Part shown: piece by piece, positions 8,977-18,068 of the stretch | Position numbering within the stretch: position 1 is the first letter of the stretch | How the letters are laid out: each line of letters opens with the position of its first letter | From: Christensenella sp. UBA6406 | GTDB lineage: Bacteria > Bacillota > Clostridia > Christensenellales > UBA1242 | Length of the DNA stretch: 28,287 nucleotides | Direction of reading: 5' to 3' | NCBI GenBank assembly: GCA_002438625.1 | Contig: DJPS01000043.1 | Span: 1 to 28,287, forward strand | Position numbers and translations under genes: made by a program | Notes under the pieces: generated by a model | Told to the model about the DNA's origin: nothing | The model's input: the letters and a program-made list of their open reading frames with translations, nothing else | The model's database searches: none

Positions 8977-10476
8977 ATGGGTGAAGAAAAGGATTTATCT
9001 ACGACCAAAAAGCGTGGTAGACCAAAATCAGGCGAGCAGTCAAGTTCTTCCAGTGGAAGACCTAAGGCAAGTAGCACTACAAATGCGGGTGGTGTAACGC
9101 AAAAGAAGAAACGCCCAACAGGAAACAGCAGTAAAAAGGCACAAGTGGTGGCTGCTGCAACAGAGTCTGCAAACAAAGCAAATAAAGCAAAAAGTACATC
9201 AAAATCAACAATCAATTTTGATGAGAATGTTTCGCCTAAGGTAGATGCACAAGTTGAAAATAATGTACAATTTGATGCAAATGTGGACGCATCAACAACT
9301 GCTGGAGAAGTGGCTAGCGGTGGTATAGATGCAAGCATAAATGTTTCTAGCGATTTGGGCGAAAGCGATGTTTCTAATGAAAGTTTAGATATGAACGGCA
9401 TTGAAAGTGATGATTTGAATGGTGATGTTAATGCGGAAATTAATGCAGATGTGGGTGCAGACATTTCTGCTAGTGCAGATTTAGATTTAAATGTCGCAAA
9501 TGAAAAAGATGCTATAAATGACAATGCTTTAAGTGGTGAAGAAGAAAGCGGGCTAGATTTGCAAGAAGGTCAAAATGAAAATAATTTATCCGATAACGAA
9601 CCACAAAATGAACCACAAATTGAAGAAAGTGGTGAAGAAAATCACAATGAGCAAGAGGAAGAGAAGGCTGGTGAGGAAGTAAAGGCGGACAAGCAGGAAG
9701 AAGTTAGTGAGTTGGATTTAACTCTTGATGATAGTGAATTGGAGCAGTTAAAAGCAAAGAAAAAGAAGAAGAAAAGAAAAGGTGGCGGTGCGGATTTAGG
9801 CGGTGGCATAAACCCTGATTCTAGCGATGAAGCGGGTCTTCAAGGAAAACAACAAAAGAAGAAAAAATGGTGGCTTTTATTGCTATTATTGCTTTTGCTT
9901 TTAATTGGCGGGTTGGTGTTCTTATTTAGGGATGTGCTTTTCCCTCCGAAACCTATTGTTATTGTTCCGCAAGGAATGATTATAGATATCAAGGAAACTG
10001 GAATAAACCAATTTGGTATGAAGGAATTTATTTTCAAACCTGGTGATACGATTGAATTTAACAATGCACTTTCTGTTGGTTCAGAGAGAACGGTTGAAAA
10101 GGAAGACGGAACAAAAGAAGAATTAAGTCCATTCTCTTTAAGGCTTCGTTTCTATATAGAATATCAAGGTGAGCAATATCAAGCATTTATTGAAGATATT
10201 CATAATTCAAAAGATGCAACGATAAAGAAGTATTATGATTGGTATTATTGGTATGATATAGCAATTCCTGGAGCGCCATATAAAAAGATTATTGAAAGCA
10301 TTAAACTTTCAGCTACGGGCATAGGCAATGAGTGGCAAGGTAGGGAAGTTAAGTTAGTGCTTGAATATCAAACAGTTGTGCCAGTTTTGGAAACTATTCA
10401 AGAAGATTTTGAGTATGAATACGACCCAGAGTGGGCTGAACTAATTGCTGATATATATAAAGATTATACAACGTAA
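8977..10476 (+). CDS. Single-pass membrane protein with N-terminal AT-hook(s), an acidic low-complexity region and a C-terminal extracytoplasmic domain
   Basis: A strong RBS (AAAGGGGAGGA). One canonical AT-hook KKRGRPKSG and one GRP-core copy (SGRPKAS). A ~250-aa D/E/N/S-rich region, a poly-Lys block (KAKKKKKKRKGGG and KKKKWW), then a WWLLLLLLLLLLIGGLVFLF TM helix and a ~175-aa aromatic-rich globular tail. Confidence 0.75.
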   Translation: MGEEKDLSTTKKRGRPKSGEQSSSSSGRPKASSTTNAGGVTQKKKRPTGNSSKKAQVVAAATESANKANKAKSTSKSTINFDENVSPKVDAQVENNVQFDANVDASTTAGEVASGGIDASINVSSDLGESDVSNESLDMNGIESDDLNGDVNAEINADVGADISASADLDLNVANEKDAINDNALSGEEESGLDLQEGQNENNLSDNEPQNEPQIEESGEENHNEQEEEKAGEEVKADKQEEVSELDLTLDDSELEQLKAKKKKKKRKGGGADLGGGINPDSSDEAGLQGKQQKKKKWWLLLLLLLLLLIGGLVFLFRDVLFPPKPIVIVPQGMIIDIKETGINQFGMKEFIFKPGDTIEFNNALSVGSERTVEKEDGTKEELSPFSLRLRFYIEYQGEQYQAFIEDIHNSKDATIKKYYDWYYWYDIAIPGAPYKKIIESIKLSATGIGNEWQGREVKLVLEYQTVVPVLETIQEDFEYEYDPEWAELIADIYKDYTT

Positions 10477-10497
10477 TTTGATTAAAATAAATGGAAG

Positions 10498-10536
10498 ATG
10501 ACAGAATTGAAATTTAATAATTTTGTCATTTTTTCT
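10498..10536 (+). terminator. Rho-independent terminator
   Basis: The stem atgacagaa (10498-10506) pairs with ttttgtcat (10521-10529) with one G-U pair, followed by a T-run. Confidence 0.7.
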
Positions 10537-10595
10537 TTAAAAGTATTGTTAAATCGTTTTCATATAAAAATTGAATTTGCAGTTTATTATATTGC

Positions 10596-10624
10596 TTGAC
10601 TTTTTTGTTGTAATTTAATATAAT
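10596..10624 (+). promoter_or_regulatory. Sigma-A type promoter for metG
   Basis: TTGACT (10596-10601), a 17-bp spacer, then TATAAT (10619-10624). Confidence 0.6.
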
Positions 10625-10749
10625 GTTATTATAAGAAAGTAAATAAAAAATGGATTTTTACTATATAAAATTTTTTGCATTTTAATTTCATTTTGTCCGC
10701 TTTTTAATGGATAAAATTAGGTGATTTGTGAATTATAGAGGAGTTTTAA

Positions 10750-12738
10750 ATGAGTGAGTTTGTTAGGGTTAGACCAAAATTTCCTAAAAGGGCAATTATA
10801 ACAACTGGAATGCCATATGGAAATAAAGAGTTGCATTTTGGGCATATAGGCGGAATGATGGTGCAGGCAGATTGTTTTGCTAGATTTATGCGGGACAGGA
10901 TTGGCGAAAAGAATGTTATAATGCAAAGTGGAACAGATTGCTATGGCTCTCCTATTTTGGAAGGATATAGGAAGTTAGTTGAAGCGGGAAAGTTTAATGG
11001 CACAATTTTAGACTATGTCAAGAGTAATCACGATAAGCAAGTTGCATCATTAAATAAATATGAAATAGGGTTCAATTTTTTTGGCGCATCAGCTTTTGGG
11101 ATAGGTGCAGAGTTCCATAACAAAACTTGTGCGGAAATTTTTGAAAGTCTTTATAGGGTTGGTTCGCTAAAAAAAATGAATACTTATCAATTTTTTGATG
11201 AAGAAAAGCAAACATTTTTAAATGGTAGGCAAGTTATTGGTAAGTGTCCTGTGGATGGTTGTCAAAGTGAAAAGGCATATGCGGATGAGTGCGATTTGGG
11301 GCATCAATTTTTGCCGAAGGATTTAATTAATCCTATTAGCACATTAAGTGGGAAAGCACCTATATTGAAGCCGATTAATAATTGGTATTTTGATATGGCA
11401 AGTTATTGTAATGATGTGTCTGTATGGCTTGATGATATAGCGAAAGACAAAAGAACAAGGAATTTTGTTGTTAAGGAACTTAGAGAGTTTTTGAAAAAGC
11501 CTGAAATATATATTTTAAGGCGAGACCAAATGGAAGTTTGGGAAAGTATTAAAGATACATTGCCTCCTTTTGTTGTAACCGAAGATTTACCGAACAAGCC
11601 AAGTTTTACTATTACTTTTGAAACTCTTGATGATAGAGAAAGTGCGTGCGACATTTTGGCGGAAAATAAACTTAGGTTTAGAACGGGGAAAACGCTTGTG
11701 CCGTTTAGAATGACAGGCAACATTGAGTGGGGTGTAAAGACGCCAGTGATTGATGGAATGAAGGATTTAACCTTCTATTGTTGGCCAGAGTCTTTGTGGG
11801 CACCTATCAGTTTTACAAAGGCGTATTTAAGCGAAGTAGGTGAATGTGATGTGCCAAGCAAAGATTGGAAAGACTGGTGGAATAGTGAAGATGCGGAAGT
11901 TTATCAATTTTTAGGTGAAGACAATATGTATTTTTATGGTCCTTGCGAAATGGCAATGTTTGAGGCTTTAAAGGCGGATAAGGGTAATGGATTAGGATAT
12001 AGTGAAGTCAAGTTACCTAATTTAATTGTAAATAAGCATATCTTTTTTTTGGGAAGCAAGGCAAGTTCAAGCGGAGCAATAAAACCGCCAATGGCTGACG
12101 AGTTGCTTGAAAAATACAATGTTGAGCAATTAAGGATGCATTTTTTAGGTATGGGGTTAGGCAATAACAGTGCAAGTTTTAATCCTAAGTATGCAATAAA
12201 AGATGCTGGAGAGAATGACATTGATGTTGTGGAGAAGGAAGGAAATTTGCTTACAAATGTGTTTAACAGAGTGTTAAGGCATTGTTTGTTTGAGTTAAAG
12301 GAAAATAATGATAATATTATTCCTGTTTGTACGGTTGCGGATGAAGTTAAAGCTTTGTGCGAAAAAGCAATTTTAGATTTTGAAAGCAATATGTATGGAT
12401 ATAAATTCCATGTATGTTCAAACAATTTGGATAGTTTTATAAGGAATATAAATAAATATTTCCAAGCAAAAATGCAAAAAGCGGAAAATTTGGATGCGAA
12501 GAATGCGGTTGTTTATAATACTTTGCATATGGCAAGAGTTGCTTGCACTTTGCTACATTCGTTTGTGCCAAGTGGTGCAGAGAGGGTTGCGGATTATTTA
12601 GGTTTTAATGATAAGTGGCATAATTGGGAATATATATTTAATCCGCTTAAAGATTTCTTTGATGGAGAAAAAGAAAATCATAAAGTTAAGCCGATTGAGG
12701 CAAAGTTTGACTTTTTTACAAAAGATTGGGGAAAATAA
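10750..12738 (+). CDS. metG: Methionine--tRNA ligase (divergent; no C-terminal Trbp111/EMAP-type tRNA-binding domain)
   Basis: A class I aaRS with the HIGH motif as HFGHIGG. It also has SGTDCYGSPI, a zinc knuckle CPVDGCQSEKAYADECDLGH, and a KMSKS-equivalent segment GSKASSSGAIKPP followed by EQLRMHF. It aligns by eye with E. coli VNGAKMSKSRGTFI...DSLRYYY. Confidence 0.85.
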   Translation: MSEFVRVRPKFPKRAIITTGMPYGNKELHFGHIGGMMVQADCFARFMRDRIGEKNVIMQSGTDCYGSPILEGYRKLVEAGKFNGTILDYVKSNHDKQVASLNKYEIGFNFFGASAFGIGAEFHNKTCAEIFESLYRVGSLKKMNTYQFFDEEKQTFLNGRQVIGKCPVDGCQSEKAYADECDLGHQFLPKDLINPISTLSGKAPILKPINNWYFDMASYCNDVSVWLDDIAKDKRTRNFVVKELREFLKKPEIYILRRDQMEVWESIKDTLPPFVVTEDLPNKPSFTITFETLDDRESACDILAENKLRFRTGKTLVPFRMTGNIEWGVKTPVIDGMKDLTFYCWPESLWAPISFTKAYLSEVGECDVPSKDWKDWWNSEDAEVYQFLGEDNMYFYGPCEMAMFEALKADKGNGLGYSEVKLPNLIVNKHIFFLGSKASSSGAIKPPMADELLEKYNVEQLRMHFLGMGLGNNSASFNPKYAIKDAGENDIDVVEKEGNLLTNVFNRVLRHCLFELKENNDNIIPVCTVADEVKALCEKAILDFESNMYGYKFHVCSNNLDSFIRNINKYFQAKMQKAENLDAKNAVVYNTLHMARVACTLLHSFVPSGAERVADYLGFNDKWHNWEYIFNPLKDFFDGEKENHKVKPIEAKFDFFTKDWGK

Positions 12739-12770
12739 TTTTGTTAAGTTAGAGGTCAATTAAGAAGTTT

Positions 12771-13271
12771 ATGAAAGTAAAAGTAAAAAGAAAACAGACG
12801 AATGCGAAAATGTGCATTATTTGCGGTATGCAAAACGATTTGGGTGTAAAGGCACAATTTTACGAAATGGAAAATGGAATGCTTTGTTCTTTATTTCAAT
12901 TTAAGGAGCAACATCAAAGTTATCCAGAGCGTGTGCATGGCGGACTTATAACTGCTCTTTTAGATGAGATGATTGGGCGAGTTGTTTGGACAATAGAGCC
13001 CGAAACATTTGGTGTAACTACATCAATTAAAGTGGATTTTAAAAAACCTGTGCCATATGGCGTGCCACTTAAAGGGGTAGGTTATATAACTAAAAATTCA
13101 TCACGCCTATTTTACGCTAGTGGCGAAATTAGAGATATGGATAACAATGTGCTTGCGAAAGCGGAAGGTGTTTATTTGAAAATGCCAACAAGCAAGATTT
13201 GTCAAAATGCAGATATAAACGAAGATTTAAATTGTTTAATTGAAGATGATGTAACTGAAATAGATTTATAA
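12771..13271 (+). CDS. PaaI-family hotdog-fold thioesterase
   Basis: It has CIICG near the N-terminus and the HGG...LLDE core (RVHGGLITALLDEMIGRV) typical of PaaI/YbgC-like thioesterases. Confidence 0.75.
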   Translation: MKVKVKRKQTNAKMCIICGMQNDLGVKAQFYEMENGMLCSLFQFKEQHQSYPERVHGGLITALLDEMIGRVVWTIEPETFGVTTSIKVDFKKPVPYGVPLKGVGYITKNSSRLFYASGEIRDMDNNVLAKAEGVYLKMPTSKICQNADINEDLNCLIEDDVTEIDL

Positions 13272-13384
13272 TGTAAATCTATTTGAATTAAAAGGTTAAA
13301 ATGTTGTGCTTTGATTATATTGATAAGTTGATAAAGATTTTAAGAATAGCATTAAAAATTGCAAATCAAAAAATAAGCTAAAAT

Positions 13385-13417
13385 ATAGGCGACAATTAAA
13401 ATTGTTGCCTATTTTTT
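13385..13417 (+). terminator. Rho-independent terminator
   Basis: The stem aggcgacaa (13387-13395) pairs with ttgttgcct (13402-13410) with one G-U pair, then T6 at 13412-13417. Confidence 0.8.
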
Positions 13418-13459
13418 GTGGTGGAGTACGTTTGATACATAGACAAATAAACAAAAATG

Positions 13460-13488
13460 TTGACAAATGCCAAAGTTTGTGCTACCAT
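13460..13488 (+). promoter_or_regulatory. Sigma-A type promoter with extended -10
   Basis: TTGACA (13460-13465), a 17-bp spacer, then TGcTACCAT (13480-13488). Confidence 0.5.
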
Positions 13489-13579
13489 ATATAGTATATA
13501 AATTAATTTAATCTTTCATATTTTAATGAATGTTTTTATGGAAATATTAAATTGAAAAAGTTAATTAAGGAAATTAAAA

Positions 13580-14113
13580 ATGTACAAATATAAAGGTGTA
13601 GCATATGATGATTATTTGCTTATAGAAGTGCTAAAAAGTGCAAATGCTGAACTTAGGATAAATAGCGAGCAGTGTTTGCAAATGTTGAATAATTTGCTTT
13701 TAAAGGGTAAGGGGTTTGTTGATGCTTTGGCGATATATGAAGTTAAAAACGAAAAAGTGGATACCCTTGTAAAAAAGTATGAGAGCAAGTGTGATAGGAG
13801 AGTAGAGATAGAAACTGCAAGACAATTAGATAAGCAAAGGAGCATTGCTAAAAATGGGCAAGTGAAACAGTTTGTGAAAAACATTGAAGATGAGCAAAGA
13901 GGGAAAGATGAGTTGCTTGTTACAATAGAGAAACTTAACAGCGATTTGGAAAAGCAATTTAATAATGGAGATGTTGCAGGGGTGGAGATTGTTTGTGCTA
14001 AATTAAAAAGTGAAAAAGAATTGCAACAAAACTTGTTTGCCATTTATGATTTGCGTGATAATTTTTTGGATAAGTTTAAAGATTATGTTGAGCAAAAAAT
14101 GATTTCTAAATAA
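13580..14113 (+). CDS. Hypothetical protein, K/E-rich and probably coiled-coil
   Basis: A 177-aa ORF with an AAGGAA RBS and its own promoter and terminator. I recognise no family motif. Confidence 0.55.
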   Translation: MYKYKGVAYDDYLLIEVLKSANAELRINSEQCLQMLNNLLLKGKGFVDALAIYEVKNEKVDTLVKKYESKCDRRVEIETARQLDKQRSIAKNGQVKQFVKNIEDEQRGKDELLVTIEKLNSDLEKQFNNGDVAGVEIVCAKLKSEKELQQNLFAIYDLRDNFLDKFKDYVEQKMISK

Positions 14114-14172
14114 TATATTTTAAAAATTAATTTTTGCAACAAAAGAGATTTAGTTTAGCGAATAAAGTTATT

Positions 14173-14214
14173 AAAAAAAGACCATTAAATTTAAACATTT
14201 TAATGGTCTTTTTG
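14173..14214. terminator. Bidirectional hairpin terminator
   Basis: A 9-bp perfect stem (agaccatta 14179-14187 pairs with taatggtct 14201-14209), flanked by A7 upstream and T5 downstream. It sits between convergent genes. Confidence 0.8.
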
Positions 14215-14270
14215 TTTGTGTTATAATGGATTAAATTAAAAGGTTAATTATTTAATTTAATTAAATTTTC

Positions 14271-15119
14271 TTATCTCTTTTTATTAATATATAAAATTCC
14301 TATTGTATTTTTGCCACAGTGGCTTGAAACGGTTGCGCCTGCCTCACATTCCAAAACTTCTTCAAATTTGCTTTTTACTAAGTTTTTAACTATGTCAACA
14401 ACTTCTGGTGATGTAGGAGTGTGGGTTACGAAAACACGCCTTGTGTCAAAGTCATTAAATTCTTCTAATGTGTCCAAAACATATTTTTTTACAACGGCTT
14501 CAAATTTTCTCATCATATATTTTCTGTGAGCAACAAGTTTTCCGTCTTGCATAAGCATAGATGGTTTAATTGCAAGTGCCATTGATATAAGTCTTGTTGT
14601 TCCACTACATCTTCCACCTTTGTGAAGAAGTTTTAAACTGTCCAATGTAAAAGATGCTTGAACATATGGGATGCATTCTTTACATTTTTCTACAACTTCA
14701 CCAAAATCTTTTCCTTCCTCTATAAGGTCACAAGCATATAATGCTGGCAATGCTATACCTGAACTAAGCGACTTTGCATCAATAACGGCAACTTTACCTT
14801 CAAAATTATTGCTTGCTCTCTCTGCATTACTGCAAGCAACGGATAAATCTCTTGAAATGCAAAAATGAATCACTTTATCATTATTTTTCAATAAATTTTC
14901 AAAATGTTCTTGATAAGCAAGTTCACTAGGGGCAGAAGTCTTAGGTAGTTCGCCTGTTTCATCAACAAAGTCAAGAAGTTCTGTTCCAGTAACGGTAACA
15001 CCGTCCAATTTGCTGCCATCTTTCAAGTTTACAGTAAATGGCACAACTGCAATATTGTATCTATCAATCAACTCCTTAGATAAATCTGCTGCACTATCCA
15101 CTGATATAGCAATTTTCAT
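14271..15119 (-). CDS. DegV-family fatty-acid-binding protein
   Basis: 282 aa, with MKIAISVDSAADL at the N-terminus, PKTSAPS, and the overall DegV layout. Confidence 0.85.
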   Translation of the reverse strand: MKIAISVDSAADLSKELIDRYNIAVVPFTVNLKDGSKLDGVTVTGTELLDFVDETGELPKTSAPSELAYQEHFENLLKNNDKVIHFCISRDLSVACSNAERASNNFEGKVAVIDAKSLSSGIALPALYACDLIEEGKDFGEVVEKCKECIPYVQASFTLDSLKLLHKGGRCSGTTRLISMALAIKPSMLMQDGKLVAHRKYMMRKFEAVVKKYVLDTLEEFNDFDTRRVFVTHTPTSPEVVDIVKNLVKSKFEEVLECEAGATVSSHCGKNTIGILYINKKR

Positions 15120-15485
15120 ATATACTTACTCCTTTTAATAAAACAATCACTTTTATAATATCAAATTTATGCAACAAAGTCAATAAAAATCTCTATTTTA
15201 AGTCAAAATTTTTACGCTGAAACTTCTGTATTGTAACTAATTACAAAAACCAACATATATATAAGCACATATTCTAAAACAATAAGGTAAATAATATGTT
15301 TACTATTTAACAATAAATTCTTAGCATAGTTTAAAAACAATGTTATCCTACAATTTAAAATAATAAATAAGTAAATTTTGTTTTATAAATGAGATAAAGG
15401 AGACTTAATGTAGTTTTAAGGATATCTAATTAAAACCTCAGAAAGAAGCTTAACAAACTAAAATTTTAAAAAAGGCAAAAAAGTG

Positions 15486-15514
15486 TTGACAAACACAAAA
15501 AAATATGGTAGACT
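15486..15514 (+). promoter_or_regulatory. Sigma-A type promoter (extended -10) for tRNA-Ser
   Basis: TTGACA (15486-15491), a 17-bp spacer, then TGgTAGACT (15506-15514), ending about 14 nt before the mature tRNA 5' end. Confidence 0.6.
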
Positions 15515-15528
15515 TATAAAGTGTCAAT

Positions 15529-15620
15529 GGAGAGTTACCCAAGAGGCCGAAGGGGCGTCCCTGCTAAGGATGTAGTGGTGTTAAAAGCCAGCGAGAGTTC
15601 AAATCTCTCACTCTCCGCCA
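15529..15620 (+). tRNA. tRNA-Ser (anticodon GCU), type II with long variable arm and encoded CCA
   Basis: Hand-folded: acceptor GGAGAGT/ACTCTCC, anticodon stem CGTCC/GGATG with loop CTGCTAA (anticodon GCT), a long variable arm, T arm GAGAG-TTCAAAT-CTCTC, discriminator G, then CCA. Confidence 0.95.
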
Positions 15621-15720
15621 TTTTTTTGTAGGTTTTTCCTAGCATATAGCGAATTGCTGAACCTAGTTTTGAACCTATTTTGAGTTGGAAAAAATTAGAT
15701 ATCATTTTTATCTTCAATAA

Positions 15721-15751
15721 AAAATCACGCTTGTTTGCGTGAATTTTTTTC
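15721..15751. terminator. Hairpin terminator (T8 on + strand; A-run upstream allows use on - strand)
   Basis: The stem tcacgc (15725-15730) pairs with gcgtga (15737-15742), with loop ttgttt, followed by a T-run at 15744-15751. Confidence 0.65.
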
Positions 15752-16139
15752 TTTGGATTTCTTCTTTTATTGTATGTTAAGTTTTATTAATGGGGTTGGA
15801 TTGTTTTGCGATTTCTTATAAATTTTCTTTTTAATTTATTCTTTATTATTTTGCATTTTGGCTTAATTGAAAAGTGGTGGCTAAGATAGAATTTTTATTG
15901 TGCCATTTGTGGCATTTAGGCTGACTTTTTTGTTTAACAATTTTTGTTTTGTTTGTTCGCCTACACCTGTTATGCAAGGAACGTTGAACTTTCTCTCTAT
16001 AATGCAGGAATGGCGAATTCAATTAAATCATTTTTATCTTTATTTTATTTTTTGCTTTTAATTGTATTTAGTTTTTAACTTTTAATTATAAATAACTAGT
16101 TGAAATATTTTGAATTTGTTTTATAGTAATTTTAATAAA

Positions 16140-16961
16140 TTATTTAATTTGCAATATTCTTTCTAATTTGGTTGTTAGGTTTACAAAGTCTTGTGTTGAA
16201 AGTTGTTCAGCACGAGTGGTTAGTGGGTGAGGGGCGATAAGGTCTGCAAGTTGTGGTGTGGATAGGTTAAAGGCTTGTTTTAGGTTGTTGTACAGGGTTT
16301 TGCGTCTCATTGCGAAACTTTTATGGACAAGAAGGGAAAATAAGTCTTCGTTACAATCATATTTATGTGTTATAGCAATTTGCACGATTGCACTGTCAAC
16401 ATTCGGTGGTGGGGTAAATAAATTGCGGTTTACAATGCGGGCAATTTTTGCGTTTGCATAGAAATCAATCATTATACTTAAAATGCCATAATCTTTTCCG
16501 CTTTTTGCAACAATTCTTTCTGCAACTTCTTTTTGCACCATTATGTTCAGACTTTTTAATTTCTTGCTATTTAGAAACTTAAAAATTATTGGTGTGGTGA
16601 TGTAATAGGGAAGATTTGCAACTAAATGATATGGCTTTGTAAATTGTTTTTCTATTTCTAGCAAATCTTTTTCCATAATGTCGTCAAAATTTAGCGTTAC
16701 ATTTGGGCAGTCTTTTAGTGTTTCGCTTAAAATGTCTTTTAGGCGTTTGTCTATCTCGTATGTTACAACTTTATGCACCTTTTTAGAGATTGCTTGCGTT
16801 AGTGTCCCCGCACCTGTGCCAATTTCTAGCACTTCATCAGTTGACAAAAGATTGCAATCTGCAATTATTGCGTTTAAAAGATTTGTGTCTGTTATAAAAT
16901 TTTGACCAAACTTTTTTGCAAATTCAAAATTGTTTTCCTTTAATAATTTTGTTACTTCCAT
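16140..16961 (-). CDS. rsmA: 16S rRNA (adenine1518/1519-N6)-dimethyltransferase RsmA/KsgA
   Basis: KKFGQNFITD near the N-terminus, SAM motif I VLEIGTGAGTLT, and ANLPYYITTPI. Confidence 0.92.
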   Translation of the reverse strand: MEVTKLLKENNFEFAKKFGQNFITDTNLLNAIIADCNLLSTDEVLEIGTGAGTLTQAISKKVHKVVTYEIDKRLKDILSETLKDCPNVTLNFDDIMEKDLLEIEKQFTKPYHLVANLPYYITTPIIFKFLNSKKLKSLNIMVQKEVAERIVAKSGKDYGILSIMIDFYANAKIARIVNRNLFTPPPNVDSAIVQIAITHKYDCNEDLFSLLVHKSFAMRRKTLYNNLKQAFNLSTPQLADLIAPHPLTTRAEQLSTQDFVNLTTKLERILQIK

Positions 16962-17094
16962 TTTGTTTTACTTGTCCCTTATCTTATTTGTTTTTTTATC
17001 ATTATTCCACTTATGTTTAATAATTAGGATTATAATCAATTAAAAATATTTAATTTGCCTTTTCTTTTGATTGATTTATTTTATAATTCAATTT

Positions 17095-17853
17095 TTAATT
17101 TTTCAAATTGAATAATTTAAAAACATTTTCCGTTGTTTTATCATAAACATTTGCAACATTTGTTTCAAGAATGTCCGCTATTTTTTGTGCAACTATTGTA
17201 ACATTGTATGGTTCATTTTCTTCGCCTCTGTGTGGCTCTGGGGTTAGATAAGGGGAGTCGGTTTCAAGCACAATGTGGTTTAGCCCAACTGTTTTAACTA
17301 CATTTCTTATCTTTTCCGCATTTTTAAATGTTACAACACCGCCAATGCCCAATAGGTAACCTAATTTTATGTATTCTTGTGCTGTTTCTACGCTACCACT
17401 GAAACAATGGATAATGCCTTTTAATCCATTATATTTTTTTAAAATGTCAAGAGTGTCTTGCGTTGCTTCTCTTGTGTGAATATTTACGGGCTTGCCATAT
17501 TTTACTGCTAAGTCAAGTTGCTTTATAAAAACTTCTTTTTGCTTTTCCCTGTCTGAAAAATCATAGTAATAATCTAAGCCTATTTCGCCAACCGCTGTGG
17601 CATCTTTTATCAATTCTTCTAGTCTTTCAAATTTTTCTTTTGTCATTTCATCTGCCATATGTGGATGTACCCCTGTAACAGGGTAGGCGTTTGCATATAA
17701 AGCGCAGGTGCTTGCCACAATTTCTGCATCTTTTAAGCTTGTGCTTATTGCAAAAATTTTGTTTCCGCCACGCTTAAAAAAGTTTTCTATAACTTCCTTT
17801 GGCGTTTTTGTTATTTTTTCATCAACTAAATGTGCGTGCGTGTCAATTATCAT
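17095..17853 (-). CDS. tatD: TatD-family metal-dependent hydrolase/DNase
   Basis: MIIDTHAHL, GEIGLDYYY, PVNIHTREA, IIHCFSG and VLETDSPYLTP form the ordered TatD motifs. Confidence 0.92.
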   Translation of the reverse strand: MIIDTHAHLVDEKITKTPKEVIENFFKRGGNKIFAISTSLKDAEIVASTCALYANAYPVTGVHPHMADEMTKEKFERLEELIKDATAVGEIGLDYYYDFSDREKQKEVFIKQLDLAVKYGKPVNIHTREATQDTLDILKKYNGLKGIIHCFSGSVETAQEYIKLGYLLGIGGVVTFKNAEKIRNVVKTVGLNHIVLETDSPYLTPEPHRGEENEPYNVTIVAQKIADILETNVANVYDKTTENVFKLFNLKN

Positions 17854-18068
17854 TTTTATTTTATGTTTTATCCTTTTAATTAAATTATTATTCTATTATT
17901 TTTTTACTTTATTAATTGTTTTTTCATTTTGAAAAAGTAATGCTAAATAAAGCAATACTAAATAAAATTATTTTGGTGTTTCTATTGAACAAGCAAGTTT
18001 TTATGCTTGCATAAACTCCCTTTATTATATCATATCATATATTATAATGTCAAAGGGAAAAATTAAAT

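Noticed and set aside
8934-9524. A 196-aa antisense ORF opposite the low-complexity region of the AT-hook protein. The same applies to the antisense ORFs at 13612-14043, 11934-12425, 11403-11723, 23537-23971 and 25481-25858.
   Set aside because: These are mirror ORFs generated by repetitive or biased codon content of the sense genes (K/E/D-rich sense strand gives S/L/F-rich antisense). They have no RBS and no recognisable motifs.
10477-10749. A possible T-box leader upstream of metG.
   Set aside because: The leader is short and AT-rich. It contains only a terminator for the upstream gene and a sigma-A promoter. There is no conserved T-box sequence and no specifier or antiterminator architecture.
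15535-15717. A 60-aa ORF (-) overlapping tRNA-Ser.
   Set aside because: It is antisense to a well-folded tRNA gene, so it is an artefact.
15955-16016. A moderately GC-rich patch with a ttcgcc/ggcgaa inverted 6-mer downstream of rsmA, considered as a small RNA or tRNA fragment.
   Set aside because: Only a 6-bp pairing spans a ~50-nt loop. There is no T-loop or D-loop motif and no promoter or terminator signature, so the evidence is insufficient.
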